A stretch of DNA of 64,000 nucleotides from Minisyncoccota bacterium (GCA_035547315.1 DASZVH010000008.1:33233-97232); one strand, 5' to 3'; shown: positions 29,826-39,887, numbered from the stretch's first letter. Translations and numbers: made by a program. The notes: a model not told the origin generated them from the letters alone.

Positions 29826-31148
29826 ATGGATGCGGCCGGCCACTTTAGAAGCAAAAAGATCACCCTCATGGGCCTCGGGCTCTTGGGGCGTGGGGTGGGG
29901 GATGCCGAATATCTCGCAGCGTGCGGCGCCGAGCTTATCGTTACCGACCTCAAGAGCAAGGAGCAATTGGCCGACTCCCTTGCGCGACTCGAGAAATTTA
30001 AGAACATCGCCTACGTGCTCGGCGAGCATCGGCTTGAGGATTTCGACGGTCGCGACCTCATTATTAAGGCGGCGGGGGTGCCGCTCGATTCTCCCTACAT
30101 CGCGGAGGCAAAAAAACACAGGATACCGGTGCGCATGAGCGCAGATCTCTTTATGGAATATGCCGGGATCGAGTGCGTGGGCGTGACCGGCACTCGCGGC
30201 AAGTCGACCGTGAGCGCGATGATCGCGGCGATCCTCAAAGAAGCGGGGAGAGAGGTGGTGCTTGGCGGCAACGTCCGCGGCGTCTCTACGCTCGCGCTTC
30301 TCGAGGAGGTGAAGGGCGGCGAGATCGCAGTCCTCGAGCTCGACAGCTGGCAGTGCCAAGGCCTTAAGGAAGCGGGACTCTCGCCGCACATCGCCGTCTT
30401 CACCACTTTTTATCCGGACCATCTGAACTACTACAAGGGCGATCTCGATGCGTATCTCGCGGACAAAGCGAACATTTTTCTCTACCAGAGGCCGGAAGAC
30501 ACGCTCGTGCTGGGGCAGCAGTGCGCGGCGTTTGTGCGCGAGAAATACGGGGCCTCGATCAAATCGAGAATCGTCGAGGCGAGCGAGCGCGACGTGCCGG
30601 CCGAGTGGGAGCTCACGATCCCGGGCGCCCACAACCGCTACGACGCCGCCTGCGCGCTCGCCGCAGCGCGCGCGGCGGGCATCGCGGACGATGTCTCGCG
30701 CGAGGCGCTCGAGTCTTTCAAAGGCGTGCCCGGCAGGCTCGAGCTCGTGCGCGAAATAAACGGCGTGAAAATCTATAACGATACTAATTCGACGACGCCC
30801 GAGGCGACCATCGCGGCGCTTGCGGCGCTCGACCCGCATGGCGAGCGCAAGATCGTGCTCATCATGGGCGGCGCGGACAAAGGCCTCGATATGAGCGCGC
30901 TTCGAGAGGCGGTGCATGCGCACGCCAAAGACGTCGTATTCCTCGCGGGCTCGGGCACCGAGCGCATCAAGGGCGATGCGCCGGATAAGCCCGTCTTCGG
31001 CTCGCTTGAAGAGGCGCTCGCGGCCGCGCAAAGCGCGGCCGTGCCCGGCGACACCATCCTTTTCTCACCCGCCTTCGCCTCCTTCGGCATGTTCCGCAAC
31101 GAATACGACCGCGGCGACCAATTCAACGCCCTCGTCGCGGCGCTATGA
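29826..31148 (+). CDS. murD: UDP-N-acetylmuramoylalanine--D-glutamate ligase
   Basis: ITLMGLGLLGRGVG...VGVTGTRGKSTVSAMIAAIL...; Mur ligase central and C-terminal domains. ATG 3 nt after the tRNA 3' end. The longer ORF from 29763 overlaps the tRNA. Confidence 0.85.
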   Translation: MDAAGHFRSKKITLMGLGLLGRGVGDAEYLAACGAELIVTDLKSKEQLADSLARLEKFKNIAYVLGEHRLEDFDGRDLIIKAAGVPLDSPYIAEAKKHRIPVRMSADLFMEYAGIECVGVTGTRGKSTVSAMIAAILKEAGREVVLGGNVRGVSTLALLEEVKGGEIAVLELDSWQCQGLKEAGLSPHIAVFTTFYPDHLNYYKGDLDAYLADKANIFLYQRPEDTLVLGQQCAAFVREKYGASIKSRIVEASERDVPAEWELTIPGAHNRYDAACALAAARAAGIADDVSREALESFKGVPGRLELVREINGVKIYNDTNSTTPEATIAALAALDPHGERKIVLIMGGADKGLDMSALREAVHAHAKDVVFLAGSGTERIKGDAPDKPVFGSLEEALAAAQSAAVPGDTILFSPAFASFGMFRNEYDRGDQFNALVAAL

Positions 31149-31164
31149 TCGCCGGTAGGCCGGT

Positions 31165-31923
31165 ATGATCGGGATATTCGATTCGGGGAGCGGGGGGCTC
31201 ACGGTCGCGAAGGCCATCCGCGCGCGGATGCCCTCGGCAGATATTCTCTACTTCGGCGATATCAAGAATGCGCCTTACGGCGAGCGGCCACGCGCGGAGC
31301 TTTCGCAGCTCACCATCGAGGGGCTGTCATTTCTCAAGAGCCGGGGCGCGAGCCGGATCGTCTCGGCCTGCAACTCGGTCTCCGCCTCGCTCGCGGTCTC
31401 CCTCTTCGACGCGCTCACGCTCGCGCCCGCTGACCTTATCGAGATGGTCGGGCCGACCGTCTCCTGCCTGCGCGGGAGCGAGGCGCGCCTCGTGCTTGCC
31501 GCGACCCCGGCGACCATAGATTCGCGTATTTATCAGGATGCCTTCGCGATGCTCGGGAAGGAGATCACCGCACTCCCGCTCCCGGGGCTCGCCGGCGCGA
31601 TCGAGGCAGGGAAGAGCGAGGCTGAGATTGAGCGCATCATCCGCGCGGCGTTCAAGGGGATCGCGCCGGGCTCCTTCGACGCGCTCGTGCTCGCGTGCAC
31701 GCACTATCCGCTCGCGTCGGGAGCATTTCGCGCGGTGATCGGCGAGGGACCGATTCTCTTCGATCCGGCCGAGGCGGTCGCGGCACGCGTCGAGCAGAAC
31801 TGGTGGCCGCAGGAGGTGGGCGAGGGGAGCGCCCGGCTCCTCATCTCCAAAGAGTCCGCGCCGTTTCGGCAGTTTGCCGCGGCGGCGCTCGGCGGCGCCC
31901 TCGAGATCAAAGTGCTAGCATGA
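31165..31923 (+). CDS. murI: glutamate racemase
   Basis: IGIFDSGSGGLTV...YFGDIKNAPYGERP...SACNSVSAS...VLACTHYPL. Confidence 0.85.
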   Translation: MIGIFDSGSGGLTVAKAIRARMPSADILYFGDIKNAPYGERPRAELSQLTIEGLSFLKSRGASRIVSACNSVSASLAVSLFDALTLAPADLIEMVGPTVSCLRGSEARLVLAATPATIDSRIYQDAFAMLGKEITALPLPGLAGAIEAGKSEAEIERIIRAAFKGIAPGSFDALVLACTHYPLASGAFRAVIGEGPILFDPAEAVAARVEQNWWPQEVGEGSARLLISKESAPFRQFAAAALGGALEIKVLA

Positions 31924-33200
31924 GCGCCATGCGCAAGGTCTATTTTATCGGCATCGGAGGGATCGGGATGAGCGCCTTGGCGCAATATTTGAAAGATCGC
32001 GGAGATTCGGTCGAAGGCTCGGATAGGGAAGCGAGCCCGGTGACGGCGATGCTCGAGGAAAAGGGGATCGGGGTGAAGATCGGGCAGAGAGCGGAGAATG
32101 TCCCCGAGGGTGCCGCGCTCGTGATCTACTCGGACGCCGTCCCGGAGGAGAATCCGGAGCGTGCGCGGGCCAAAGAGCTCGGGATCCCGCAGCTCTCCTA
32201 TTTCGCCATGCTCGGCGAAGTCTCCGCGGGGATGCGCACGGTCGCGGTCGCCGGCACGCACGGCAAGACCACGACGACCGGCATGCTCGCGGCAATCCTC
32301 AAGGCCGCGGGCGCGGCGCCCACCGCCATCATCGGCTCTATCGTGCGCGACTTCTCGAGCAATTATCTGCCGGGCGCAGGCGAGCTCTTCGTCGTCGAGG
32401 CCTGCGAGTATCGCGACCACCTCCTTGAGCTCTCGCCCGAAATCCTGGTGATCACCAATCTCGAATGGGACCATACCGACTGGTTCTCCTCGCTCGAGGC
32501 GCTCTCGCAGACCTTCGCCAAGGCGATGCGCAAGGTGCCGGAGCGGGGCGCGATACTCACCGACCCGAGCCACCCGAATATCGCGCCTTTGCTCGAGGGG
32601 CTCGCCGTCAAAGTGATCGATTACACCAAGGAGCCGGCGTTCGAGTTGAAGCTGCCCGGGGAGTTCAACCAGATGAACGCCCGCGCCGCCGCAGCGGCGG
32701 CGCGGGTCGCGCTCCCAGGCATTACCACCGAAGCGATCGCCGACGCGCTCGCAAATTTCCACGGCACCTGGCGCAGATTCGAATACAAAGGGAAGACCGC
32801 CCGGGGCGTGGAGGTCTATGACGACTACGCGCACCATCCGACCGCGATCAAGGAGACCCTTCGCGCCCTCAGGGCCAAGACCCGGGGCAAGGTGTATGTC
32901 GCCTTCCACCCGCATCTCTACTCGCGCACGCGCGATCTCCTCGACGGCTTCGCCCGCGCCTTCGGCGACGCGGACGAGGTGCTGGTCGCGCCCATCTACG
33001 CCGCGCGCGAGGCCGACGACGGCAGCATCTCGAGCGAGGTCCTCGCGGAGCATATTCGCGCCGAGGGCGTCCGTGCGCGCGCCGCCTCTTTTGAGGAAAT
33101 CGAGCGGGCGCTTTCTGTCGAGCCTCAAGAAGGCGACGCCATCATAAGCATGGGCGCGGGCGACATCTACAAGGTTGCGGACGCGCTCATAAAGCACTAG
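31920..33200 (+). CDS. murC: UDP-N-acetylmuramate--L-alanine ligase
   Basis: VYFIGIGGIGMSALAQYL...VAVAGTHGKTTTTGMLAAIL...NLEWDHTDWF...; ATGA overlap with the murI stop. Confidence 0.85.
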   Translation: MSAMRKVYFIGIGGIGMSALAQYLKDRGDSVEGSDREASPVTAMLEEKGIGVKIGQRAENVPEGAALVIYSDAVPEENPERARAKELGIPQLSYFAMLGEVSAGMRTVAVAGTHGKTTTTGMLAAILKAAGAAPTAIIGSIVRDFSSNYLPGAGELFVVEACEYRDHLLELSPEILVITNLEWDHTDWFSSLEALSQTFAKAMRKVPERGAILTDPSHPNIAPLLEGLAVKVIDYTKEPAFELKLPGEFNQMNARAAAAAARVALPGITTEAIADALANFHGTWRRFEYKGKTARGVEVYDDYAHHPTAIKETLRALRAKTRGKVYVAFHPHLYSRTRDLLDGFARAFGDADEVLVAPIYAAREADDGSISSEVLAEHIRAEGVRARAASFEEIERALSVEPQEGDAIISMGAGDIYKVADALIKH

Positions 33201-33209
33201 AGTGCGCGG

Positions 33210-33902
33210 ATGAAAGAGGTCGGCACCCTCTCGGTGGTCGCGACGCCTATCGGCAACTTAGGCGACATCACGCTGCGCGCCTTGGAGACGCTCAAGAACG
33301 CGGACGCGATCGCCTGCGAGGATACGCGGGTCTCAAGCAAGCTGCTTGCGCGCTTCGACATCTCGAAGCCCCTCCTCATCTACCACGCGCGCTCGGGGCG
33401 CTTGAACGCCGAGCGCGTGCTCGCCCTGCTTGCTGAGGGAAAGCGCGTCGCGCTCTTGACCGACGCCGGCACGCCGGGGATCTCCGACCCGGGCGCGGAA
33501 TTGGTCGCGCTCGCGCGCGAGCGCTTGGGGGGCAGTGTACGCATCGAGGCCATCCCGGGCGCTTCGGCATTGACCGCGGCGCTCTCGGTCGCCGGGGTCC
33601 CGGCCCCCTCCTTCCTTTTTCTCGGCTTCCTGCCGCACAAGAAGGGCCGCCTGACGCTCTTCAAGGAGATCGCGCTCGAGGAGCGTGCCGTCGTTTTTTA
33701 CGAATCGCCCCACCGCATCGTGAAGGCGCTCGAATCCCTCGCCGAGGTGGCGGGGGAGCGCGAGGTAGCCGTCTGCCGCGAGCTCACCAAGATCCACGAG
33801 GAGGTCGCGCGCGGCACGGCCCGAGAGCTCGCAAGCGACTTCGCCGCCCGGCCCGACGCGAAGCGAAAGGGCGAGTTTGTAGTAGTGATAAGCGCTAAGT
33901 AG
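33210..33902 (+). CDS. rsmI: 16S rRNA (cytidine1402-2'-O)-methyltransferase RsmI-like (tetrapyrrole methylase fold)
   Basis: LSVVATPIGNLGDITLRALETLKNADAIACEDTR...YHARSG...DAGTPGISDPGAELV. Confidence 0.75.
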   Translation: MKEVGTLSVVATPIGNLGDITLRALETLKNADAIACEDTRVSSKLLARFDISKPLLIYHARSGRLNAERVLALLAEGKRVALLTDAGTPGISDPGAELVALARERLGGSVRIEAIPGASALTAALSVAGVPAPSFLFLGFLPHKKGRLTLFKEIALEERAVVFYESPHRIVKALESLAEVAGEREVAVCRELTKIHEEVARGTARELASDFAARPDAKRKGEFVVVISAK

Positions 33903-33965
33903 TAAGCGGTAAGGCAGAAGGTTATCCCCACTTACAACTTACAGATCACGACGTATACTATCCGC

Positions 33966-34202
33966 ATGTCCCGCTCCACTATTTTCATCATCCTGGGCCT
34001 CATCGTGCTGATCGCACCCTTCTCCGGCCTCTACCATTCGTGGATCGCGCTCGTCGAGGCGCTTTGCGGCATCGGTTTCGTCGGCTTCGGCATCGCCGAG
34101 CGCGCCGCGATCACTCAGCGCTCGCGCGAGGCAGCGCCCGTGCCGCCTGCCGAGGCCGCCGCTCCTCTCGACGACTCCCCGCACCTCTCTCCGATCGCAT
34201 AA
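33966..34202 (+). CDS. small 2-TM membrane protein
   Basis: 78 aa with two hydrophobic helices and a Pro/Ala-rich tail. Confidence 0.35.
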   Translation: MSRSTIFIILGLIVLIAPFSGLYHSWIALVEALCGIGFVGFGIAERAAITQRSREAAPVPPAEAAAPLDDSPHLSPIA

Positions 34203-34336
34203 GGCCGGACGGGGGCGTCCGAATCGAATGTGTGAGGAGTGCGACGGCGCGAAACCTAGGCGATTTCTAGCAAGAAATCGCCGCTTTCGCTAAGAATGTT
34301 CCCGTCGGGCCGCCACAAGTTGTATACTTCCTACAC

Positions 34337-36064
34337 ATGGACAATCCGGAACGCATAACCTACTTCGCCGCGACCGACTCGAGAGGGAAGCGCACGCCCT
34401 TCGGCATCAAGGCGCGCGACCGCGAGCGCCACATGTACGTGATCGGCAAGACCGGCATGGGCAAATCGACCCTGCTCGAGAATATGGCGATCCAGGACAT
34501 CAGGAACGGCGAGGGGCTCGCCTTCATAGACCCGCACGGCTCGGCGGTGGACAAGCTCCTCGACTACATCCCCGAGGAGCGGCTCAAGGACGTGATCTAC
34601 TTCGCCCCCTTCGACCTCGAGCAGCCTATAGCCTTCAACGTGATGGAGGATGTCGGCTACGACAAGCGCCACCTCGTCGTCTCAGGCCTCATGGCCACCT
34701 TTAAAAAGATCTGGGTCGACGCCTGGTCGGCCCGCATGGAGTACATCCTCTCCAACACCTTGCTCGCGCTCCTTGAGTACCCGGACGCGACGCTGCTCGG
34801 GGTCAACCGCATGTACACCGATAAGGAGTACCGAAAAAAGGTCGTCGCGAACGTCAAAGACCCGCTCGTCAAATCATTCTGGGAGGACGAGTTCGCCAAC
34901 TACGGCGACCGCTACACACAGGAGGCGACGCCCGCGATCCAGAACAAGATCGGGCAGTTCACTTCCAATCCGCTCATCCGCAATATAATCGGGCAGCCCA
35001 AGTCCTCCTTCGATATCCGCGAGTGCATGGATAATCGCAAGATCCTCCTTATCAACCTCTCCAAGGGCTTGGTGGGCGATACCAACATGAAGCTCCTGGG
35101 CTCCATGCTCACGACGCGCATCTTCCTCGGCGCGATGAGCCGCGCCGAGCTCGACGAGCGCTCGCTCAAGCGCTCGGCCAAATTCTATTTCTACGTGGAC
35201 GAGTTCCAGAACTTCGCCAACGAGACCTTCGCCGAGATCCTCTCCGAGGCGCGCAAATATAATCTCAATTTGCTGATCGCGCACCAGTATGTCGAGCAGA
35301 TGGAGGAGGAGGTGCGGGCCGCCGTTTTCGGCAACGTGGGGACCACCGTCGCCTTCCGGGTCGGGCCCTTCGACGCCGAGGTGCTCGAGACCGTCTTCGC
35401 TCCCGAGTTCACCCAGGAGGACCTGGTCAACCTTGGCTTCGCGCAGGTCTACCTCACGCTCATGATCGACGGCATCGGCTCGCGGCCCTTCTCCGCGGTG
35501 ACGCTGCCGCCCATCGAGCCGCCGCCCCGCTCCTACCGCAAAGAGGTCATCGAGCTCTCGCGCGCCACCTACGGCAACGCGCGCGGCCCGATCGAGAAGG
35601 CGCTCTTCGAGGAACTCTCCGCCGCGCGCGCGGCCTCGCTCGCCGCGCACAAGGAGGCCTCAACCAAGCCGCCGCGTTTCGCCCCCAAGGGCGCCGCCGC
35701 GCGCCCTGCGCGCCCGGCGCCGCGCACCCCGGCGGGCGAGCCGGAACGCGCGGCGGCGCCCACCTCCGCGCCGCTCCCGCCGCCGCGCCCTGCGCGTCCC
35801 ATGCCGCCCTCGGGAGAGAAGAGCGCGGAAGACCTCAAGAGCATTCTGCGCCGGATGACGAGCAAGGAGCGCGCGCAGCGGCAGGGCGAGTCCGTCGCCA
35901 AACAGCAGTCGCTCAAAGGCGCTCTCGCCGATGCGCTCGCCAAGGCGCCGCCTCCCTCGGCTGCCTCGGGACCTTCGGCCTCCGCCTTGCCGCATAATCC
36001 ACCACCTAAGCCCTTCGAGGTCCCCGAGGAGCGGCTGCGCTCTATACTGAAAGGAGACGATTAA
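34337..36064 (+). CDS. TraD/VirD4-like (type IV coupling protein-like) P-loop ATPase lacking TM helices, with Pro/Ala-rich disordered C-terminus
   Basis: Walker A VIGKTGMGKSTLL, Walker B-like YFYVDEFQNFA, and a TraM-recognition/T4SS-DNA-transfer-like middle region. No N-terminal TM anchor. The last ~150 aa are low-complexity (APRTPAGEPERAAAPTSAPLPPPRPARPMPP). Confidence 0.55.
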   Translation: MDNPERITYFAATDSRGKRTPFGIKARDRERHMYVIGKTGMGKSTLLENMAIQDIRNGEGLAFIDPHGSAVDKLLDYIPEERLKDVIYFAPFDLEQPIAFNVMEDVGYDKRHLVVSGLMATFKKIWVDAWSARMEYILSNTLLALLEYPDATLLGVNRMYTDKEYRKKVVANVKDPLVKSFWEDEFANYGDRYTQEATPAIQNKIGQFTSNPLIRNIIGQPKSSFDIRECMDNRKILLINLSKGLVGDTNMKLLGSMLTTRIFLGAMSRAELDERSLKRSAKFYFYVDEFQNFANETFAEILSEARKYNLNLLIAHQYVEQMEEEVRAAVFGNVGTTVAFRVGPFDAEVLETVFAPEFTQEDLVNLGFAQVYLTLMIDGIGSRPFSAVTLPPIEPPPRSYRKEVIELSRATYGNARGPIEKALFEELSAARAASLAAHKEASTKPPRFAPKGAAARPARPAPRTPAGEPERAAAPTSAPLPPPRPARPMPPSGEKSAEDLKSILRRMTSKERAQRQGESVAKQQSLKGALADALAKAPPPSAASGPSASALPHNPPPKPFEVPEERLRSILKGDD

Positions 36065-36081
36065 CACCTAACACGCTCGCC

Positions 36082-37251
36082 ATGCGGATGCTCGCCCCGC
36101 TCATCCTCGCCGCTTTTCTCGCTCCGGCCCTCGCTCTGGCCGCCGACCTCATCAATATCAATACCGCGGACGAAGCCACGCTCGAGTCATTGCCCGGCAT
36201 CGGCAGCACCAAGGCGGAGGCGATTATCGCTTATCGGGGCGCGCACGGCGACTTTGCGGCGATCGCGGACATCCAGAACGTGAGCGGCATAGGCCCCTCG
36301 ACCTACGGCGAGATCAAGGGCCTGATAACCGTCGGGGCGGGGCAGGAGGAGTCCGGCGAGAGCGCGCAGGACGATGCCGCGAGCAGCACGAGTCCCGCGG
36401 CGACCGCCTCGCAGGAGAAGGCGCTCCCCGTCTATGTCGACGGCGGGGGAGAGCGTACGGTGGTCGCGGGCGCGGAGACCGCTTATACCGCCAACGTCTA
36501 CGACGCCAGCGGCGAGGCCTACGCCGCGCCGGCCGTGCGCTGGGCCTTCGGCGACGGCTCGACCGCCGAGGGAGCGAGCGTGATGAAGAGCTACGCCCTG
36601 CCCGGCACCTACCTCGTCTCGGTGAGCGCGGTGGCTGAGAGTTCCTCGGGCGAGGACTCCTTCATCGTGAGGGCGCAGGCGCCGCTGGTGGCGCTCACGA
36701 ACTCCTCGGCCGCGGGCATCACGGTCGAGAATACGGACGCCGAGGCGCCGCTCGACCTCTCCCGCTGGCAGCTCTCGGCGGGCGGGGCTCTTTTCACCTT
36801 CCCGGCGGGGACTAAACTCGCGCCGGGCGCCTCGGTCACCTTCGCTCCGGCAGTGACGGGGCTTGCGGCCGCGGAGGCGGCGGAGTTGCTTTTCCCTTCC
36901 GGCGCGCTCGCGGCGAGCTATGCGACGGCTCCGCCTGCCGCTGCGCCCGGGCCGCGAAGCCCCGGCGGAGCCGTGCAACCTTCCGCGCCGCCGGCGCGTT
37001 CTCAAGAAGTGCAGACCGTCGAATCTGCGAGTACGCAAAGCCCAGCACCGGCACATGCAGCGGAAACAGCCCTAGCCCCCGCGACGACGAGCGAACTCGC
37101 CGCCGCGGGGGCGGCATTGGCCGCCCTCCCGCCGCCCGCGGCGGGCGGCGGGAGCCCGCTCTCCGGCGCGCTCAAGCTCGCGCGCTCGCCCTGGGCCTTG
37201 GGCGCGCTTAGCGTCCTTGCCTTTTCCGCCGCGGCGTTTATGGTGTTGTAA
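36082..37251 (+). CDS. ComEA-like helix-hairpin-helix DNA-binding protein fused to PKD-like and beta-sandwich domains with C-terminal membrane anchor
   Basis: Signal peptide. HhH motif (INTADEATLESLPGIGSTKAEAIIAYRGAHGDFAAIADIQNVSGIGPSTYGEIKGLI). PKD-like segment (VRWAFGDGSTAEGASVMKSYALPGTYLVSVSAV). Second beta-rich domain. Pro/Ala-rich spacer. C-terminal hydrophobic helix (WALGALSVLAFSAAAFMVL). Confidence 0.6.
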   Translation: MRMLAPLILAAFLAPALALAADLININTADEATLESLPGIGSTKAEAIIAYRGAHGDFAAIADIQNVSGIGPSTYGEIKGLITVGAGQEESGESAQDDAASSTSPAATASQEKALPVYVDGGGERTVVAGAETAYTANVYDASGEAYAAPAVRWAFGDGSTAEGASVMKSYALPGTYLVSVSAVAESSSGEDSFIVRAQAPLVALTNSSAAGITVENTDAEAPLDLSRWQLSAGGALFTFPAGTKLAPGASVTFAPAVTGLAAAEAAELLFPSGALAASYATAPPAAAPGPRSPGGAVQPSAPPARSQEVQTVESASTQSPAPAHAAETALAPATTSELAAAGAALAALPPPAAGGGSPLSGALKLARSPWALGALSVLAFSAAAFMVL

Positions 37252-37253
37252 TA

Positions 37254-38132
37254 ATGATCTCACCGAAGCTCATCCTCGTGACCGGCGGCGCCGGCTTCAT
37301 CGGCTCGCATTTATGCGAGCGACTCGCGAAGGACGGCCATCGCGTCATCTCGCTCGACAACTACTTCACCGGCAGCCGGGAAAATCACGTCGCGCGCGTC
37401 GAGTATCGCGAGGGCCATACTAAAGACATCGAAAAGCTTGTTCCCGAATCGCCCGATCTCATCTATCACCTCGGCGAGTATTCGCGCGTCCATAAGGCGC
37501 TTGAGGAGCCGGAACTGGTGTGGGACATGAACACCGCGGGCACGCTCGGCGTGCTTGAGTTCTGGCGCAAGCGTGGGGGGAAGCTCGTCTACGCGGCTTC
37601 TTCCACCAAATCCGCGGCAACCAAGGCCGCCGACGGTACGCCGGGCAAGCACCTCTCGCCCTATACGTGGGCAAAGGCGGCGAACGTCGAGCTGGTGGAG
37701 AACTACGGCCGCTGGTATTCGCTTCCGTACGCGGTCGTATATTTCTACAATGTGTACGGGCCGCGCGAGCGCGCCTGGGGGGACTACGGCACCGTCGTCG
37801 AGACGTTCCGGCAGAACCTCCTCGCCAGCCGCCCGCATCAGGTGAACGCGCCCGGTACCCAGACACGCGCGTTCACTCATGTGCTCGATACGGTTGACGG
37901 GATCGTTCTCGCTGGCGAGAAAGGGCGGGGCGACGGGCACAACATAAGCTCGAAAGACGTGCATTCTATCGTGGAGGTCGCGGAAATGTTCGGCGGCCCT
38001 ATCGAAATGCATCCGCAAACCAAGACATCGCGGTCTTCCGTTGCCGACGATACGTCGAAGATAGAATCGCTCGGCTGGAAGCAGAAGCGCCACCTCAAGG
38101 AGTACGTCGAAGAGGCGAAAAAAACAAAATGA
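37254..38132 (+). CDS. UDP-glucuronate decarboxylase (UDP-xylose synthase)-like short-chain dehydrogenase
   Basis: VTGGAGFIGSHLCERL...DNYFTGSRENH (UXS signature DNFFTGRKRN), catalytic YxxxK (SPYTWAKAANVE), GTQTRAFTHVLDTV (UXS GSQTRAFQYVSDLV). ATGA overlap with the preceding gene. Confidence 0.55.
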   Translation: MISPKLILVTGGAGFIGSHLCERLAKDGHRVISLDNYFTGSRENHVARVEYREGHTKDIEKLVPESPDLIYHLGEYSRVHKALEEPELVWDMNTAGTLGVLEFWRKRGGKLVYAASSTKSAATKAADGTPGKHLSPYTWAKAANVELVENYGRWYSLPYAVVYFYNVYGPRERAWGDYGTVVETFRQNLLASRPHQVNAPGTQTRAFTHVLDTVDGIVLAGEKGRGDGHNISSKDVHSIVEVAEMFGGPIEMHPQTKTSRSSVADDTSKIESLGWKQKRHLKEYVEEAKKTK

Positions 38133-39313
38133 AGCGCGTCCTCATATTTTCGCTCGCGTACTACCCGAGTTTCGTCTCCGGAGCCGAGGCGGCGATAAAG
38201 GAAATTACGGATCGCATCGATCCCGCGGACATCGAGTTCCACCTCATCACCCTCCTGTTCGATCCGAAAGCCCCGCGCGAGGAGCGCATTGGTAATGTCC
38301 ACGTGCACCGCGTCGGCCTTGGGAGCGCCTACCTTTCGAAGATCCTTTTCATACCGCTTGCCGCGCTTAAAGCTCGCTCGCTCGATTGCGCACTCCATTT
38401 TGACGCGGTCTGGAGCATGATGACCTACATGCTCTTTCCGGCAGTGTTCGCGCGCGCCGTAGGAGTGAAGGCTCCGCGCATTCTCACGCTTCAGGATGGC
38501 GATCCGTATGAGAAAGTCTTCGAGCGCGCGTTCATCAGGCCCTTCGCCTGGATTCTCGATTACGGCTTCCGCACGACTGCCATTGTGCAGGTTATCTCGT
38601 CATACCTCGGTACGTGGCCCGGCAAACGCGGGTATCGCGGTCCTCTTGAGCTCATCTACAACGGCGCGAACCCGAAAAACCTTAAAGAAGAATATTCAGC
38701 GGAGAAAGCGGGCGAAGCCGCCGAGAAACTCGGTAAGAAGCCCGGTGATGTGTATCTTCTGAACGCGTCGCGGCTCGTACACCAGAAAGCCAATGACGTT
38801 ACGCTCCGCGCGCTCTCGCTCCTGCCGCAGAAGGTGCATCTCGTGCTCATCGGCGAAGGCGACGACCGCCCGATGATCGAGTCGCTCGCTCGCGAACTCA
38901 AAGTCGAAAACCGTCTCCACTTGCTCGGACAAATGGATCGAATGGAGGTGCCCAACTACCGCAACCGCGTGTTCTCCGATATTTACGTCACCCCAAGCCG
39001 TTCCGAAGGGCTCCAGCTCTCCTCGCTCTCGGCAATGGCCGGCCGCCTTCCGCTCATCTCGACCCAGGCGGGCGGTCTTGCAGAATACGTGTGGGATAAA
39101 AAACATAACCCCGAAAAGCCTGAGACGGCATGGGTCGTGGACGTCAATGCGCCGGAGCAGATCGCCGCTGCGGTCATGGACATTATGAGCAACCCTGAGA
39201 AGGTCGAGCGAGTTACGGAGACAGCGCGGGCGATGGTCTTGGAATCCTATGATTGGGACAAGATTGCCGTACAGATGCGGCAGCGGGTATTCGCTAAGGT
39301 ACTCGGCGCGTAG
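38129..39313 (+). CDS. glycosyltransferase family 4
   Basis: GT-B fold. C-domain motif PSRSEGLQLSSLSAMAGRLPLISTQAGGLAEYV. ATGA overlap with the upstream gene. Confidence 0.7.
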   Translation: MKRVLIFSLAYYPSFVSGAEAAIKEITDRIDPADIEFHLITLLFDPKAPREERIGNVHVHRVGLGSAYLSKILFIPLAALKARSLDCALHFDAVWSMMTYMLFPAVFARAVGVKAPRILTLQDGDPYEKVFERAFIRPFAWILDYGFRTTAIVQVISSYLGTWPGKRGYRGPLELIYNGANPKNLKEEYSAEKAGEAAEKLGKKPGDVYLLNASRLVHQKANDVTLRALSLLPQKVHLVLIGEGDDRPMIESLARELKVENRLHLLGQMDRMEVPNYRNRVFSDIYVTPSRSEGLQLSSLSAMAGRLPLISTQAGGLAEYVWDKKHNPEKPETAWVVDVNAPEQIAAAVMDIMSNPEKVERVTETARAMVLESYDWDKIAVQMRQRVFAKVLGA

Positions 39314-39395
39314 TTGCGCAGACGCATATTTTGTGCTATAGATAAGTCGGGTAATCGCATCGCGATTTGAGTTCCATCAACCACGGGAGGGCGTA

Positions 39396-39848
39396 ATGCC
39401 TGCACTCAAGCCTGAAGAAATAACTGCGCTCGGCGTCGTCTTCAGCTCACATGCCATGGATAACGGCGAGACGCGCCATCGTGTGTTGCGCCAAGGATAC
39501 GGATACATCCTGACGATCATGCCTCCCGATGGCGGCGGCTGGCAGAACAGCCATTACCACAAAGAAATCAAGGAACAGTATACGGTCCAGGAAGGCTGGA
39601 TTTGCTATGCGTGCCTTGTTCCTGGCGGCAATAACGGAGGCGTCTCGTTCAAAATTTATACGGCTGGGCAAACCTTCACTACCGGCACGGAGCCGCATAA
39701 CGTGTATATGCCCGGTGGCGCGGTAATTCATACCGTCAAGCACGGCATGACGTCACTCGAGAAGGATTGGTTCCCTTCGCCAGAACTCGATCTGCTGACG
39801 AAAGAAGTCTCGGAGAACGAACTGCGTCGGCGTATAGCTTGCGGATGA
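39396..39848 (+). CDS. small cupin-fold protein (possibly sugar-nucleotide keto-isomerase-like)
   Basis: 150 aa. His-rich beta-barrel motifs (NSHYHKEIKEQYTVQEG...VYMPGGAVIHTVKHG). The gene is ~50% GC with a GGAGGG SD and a TTGCGC-N17-TATAGA promoter at 39305-39333. Confidence 0.35.
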   Translation: MPALKPEEITALGVVFSSHAMDNGETRHRVLRQGYGYILTIMPPDGGGWQNSHYHKEIKEQYTVQEGWICYACLVPGGNNGGVSFKIYTAGQTFTTGTEPHNVYMPGGAVIHTVKHGMTSLEKDWFPSPELDLLTKEVSENELRRRIACG

Positions 39849-39855
39849 GACACGA

Positions 39856-39887
39856 AGAGAGCGCGGTACGCCGCGCTCTTTCTTTTT
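39856..39887 (+). terminator. rho-independent terminator
   Basis: AGAGAGCGCGG-TAC-GCCGCGCTCTT followed by TCTTTTT. Confidence 0.7.

Noticed and set aside
29736-33197. Minus-strand ORFs of 431 aa and 497 aa opposite murD and murC
   Set aside because: Antisense artefacts to Mur ligase genes with clear motifs on the plus strand.
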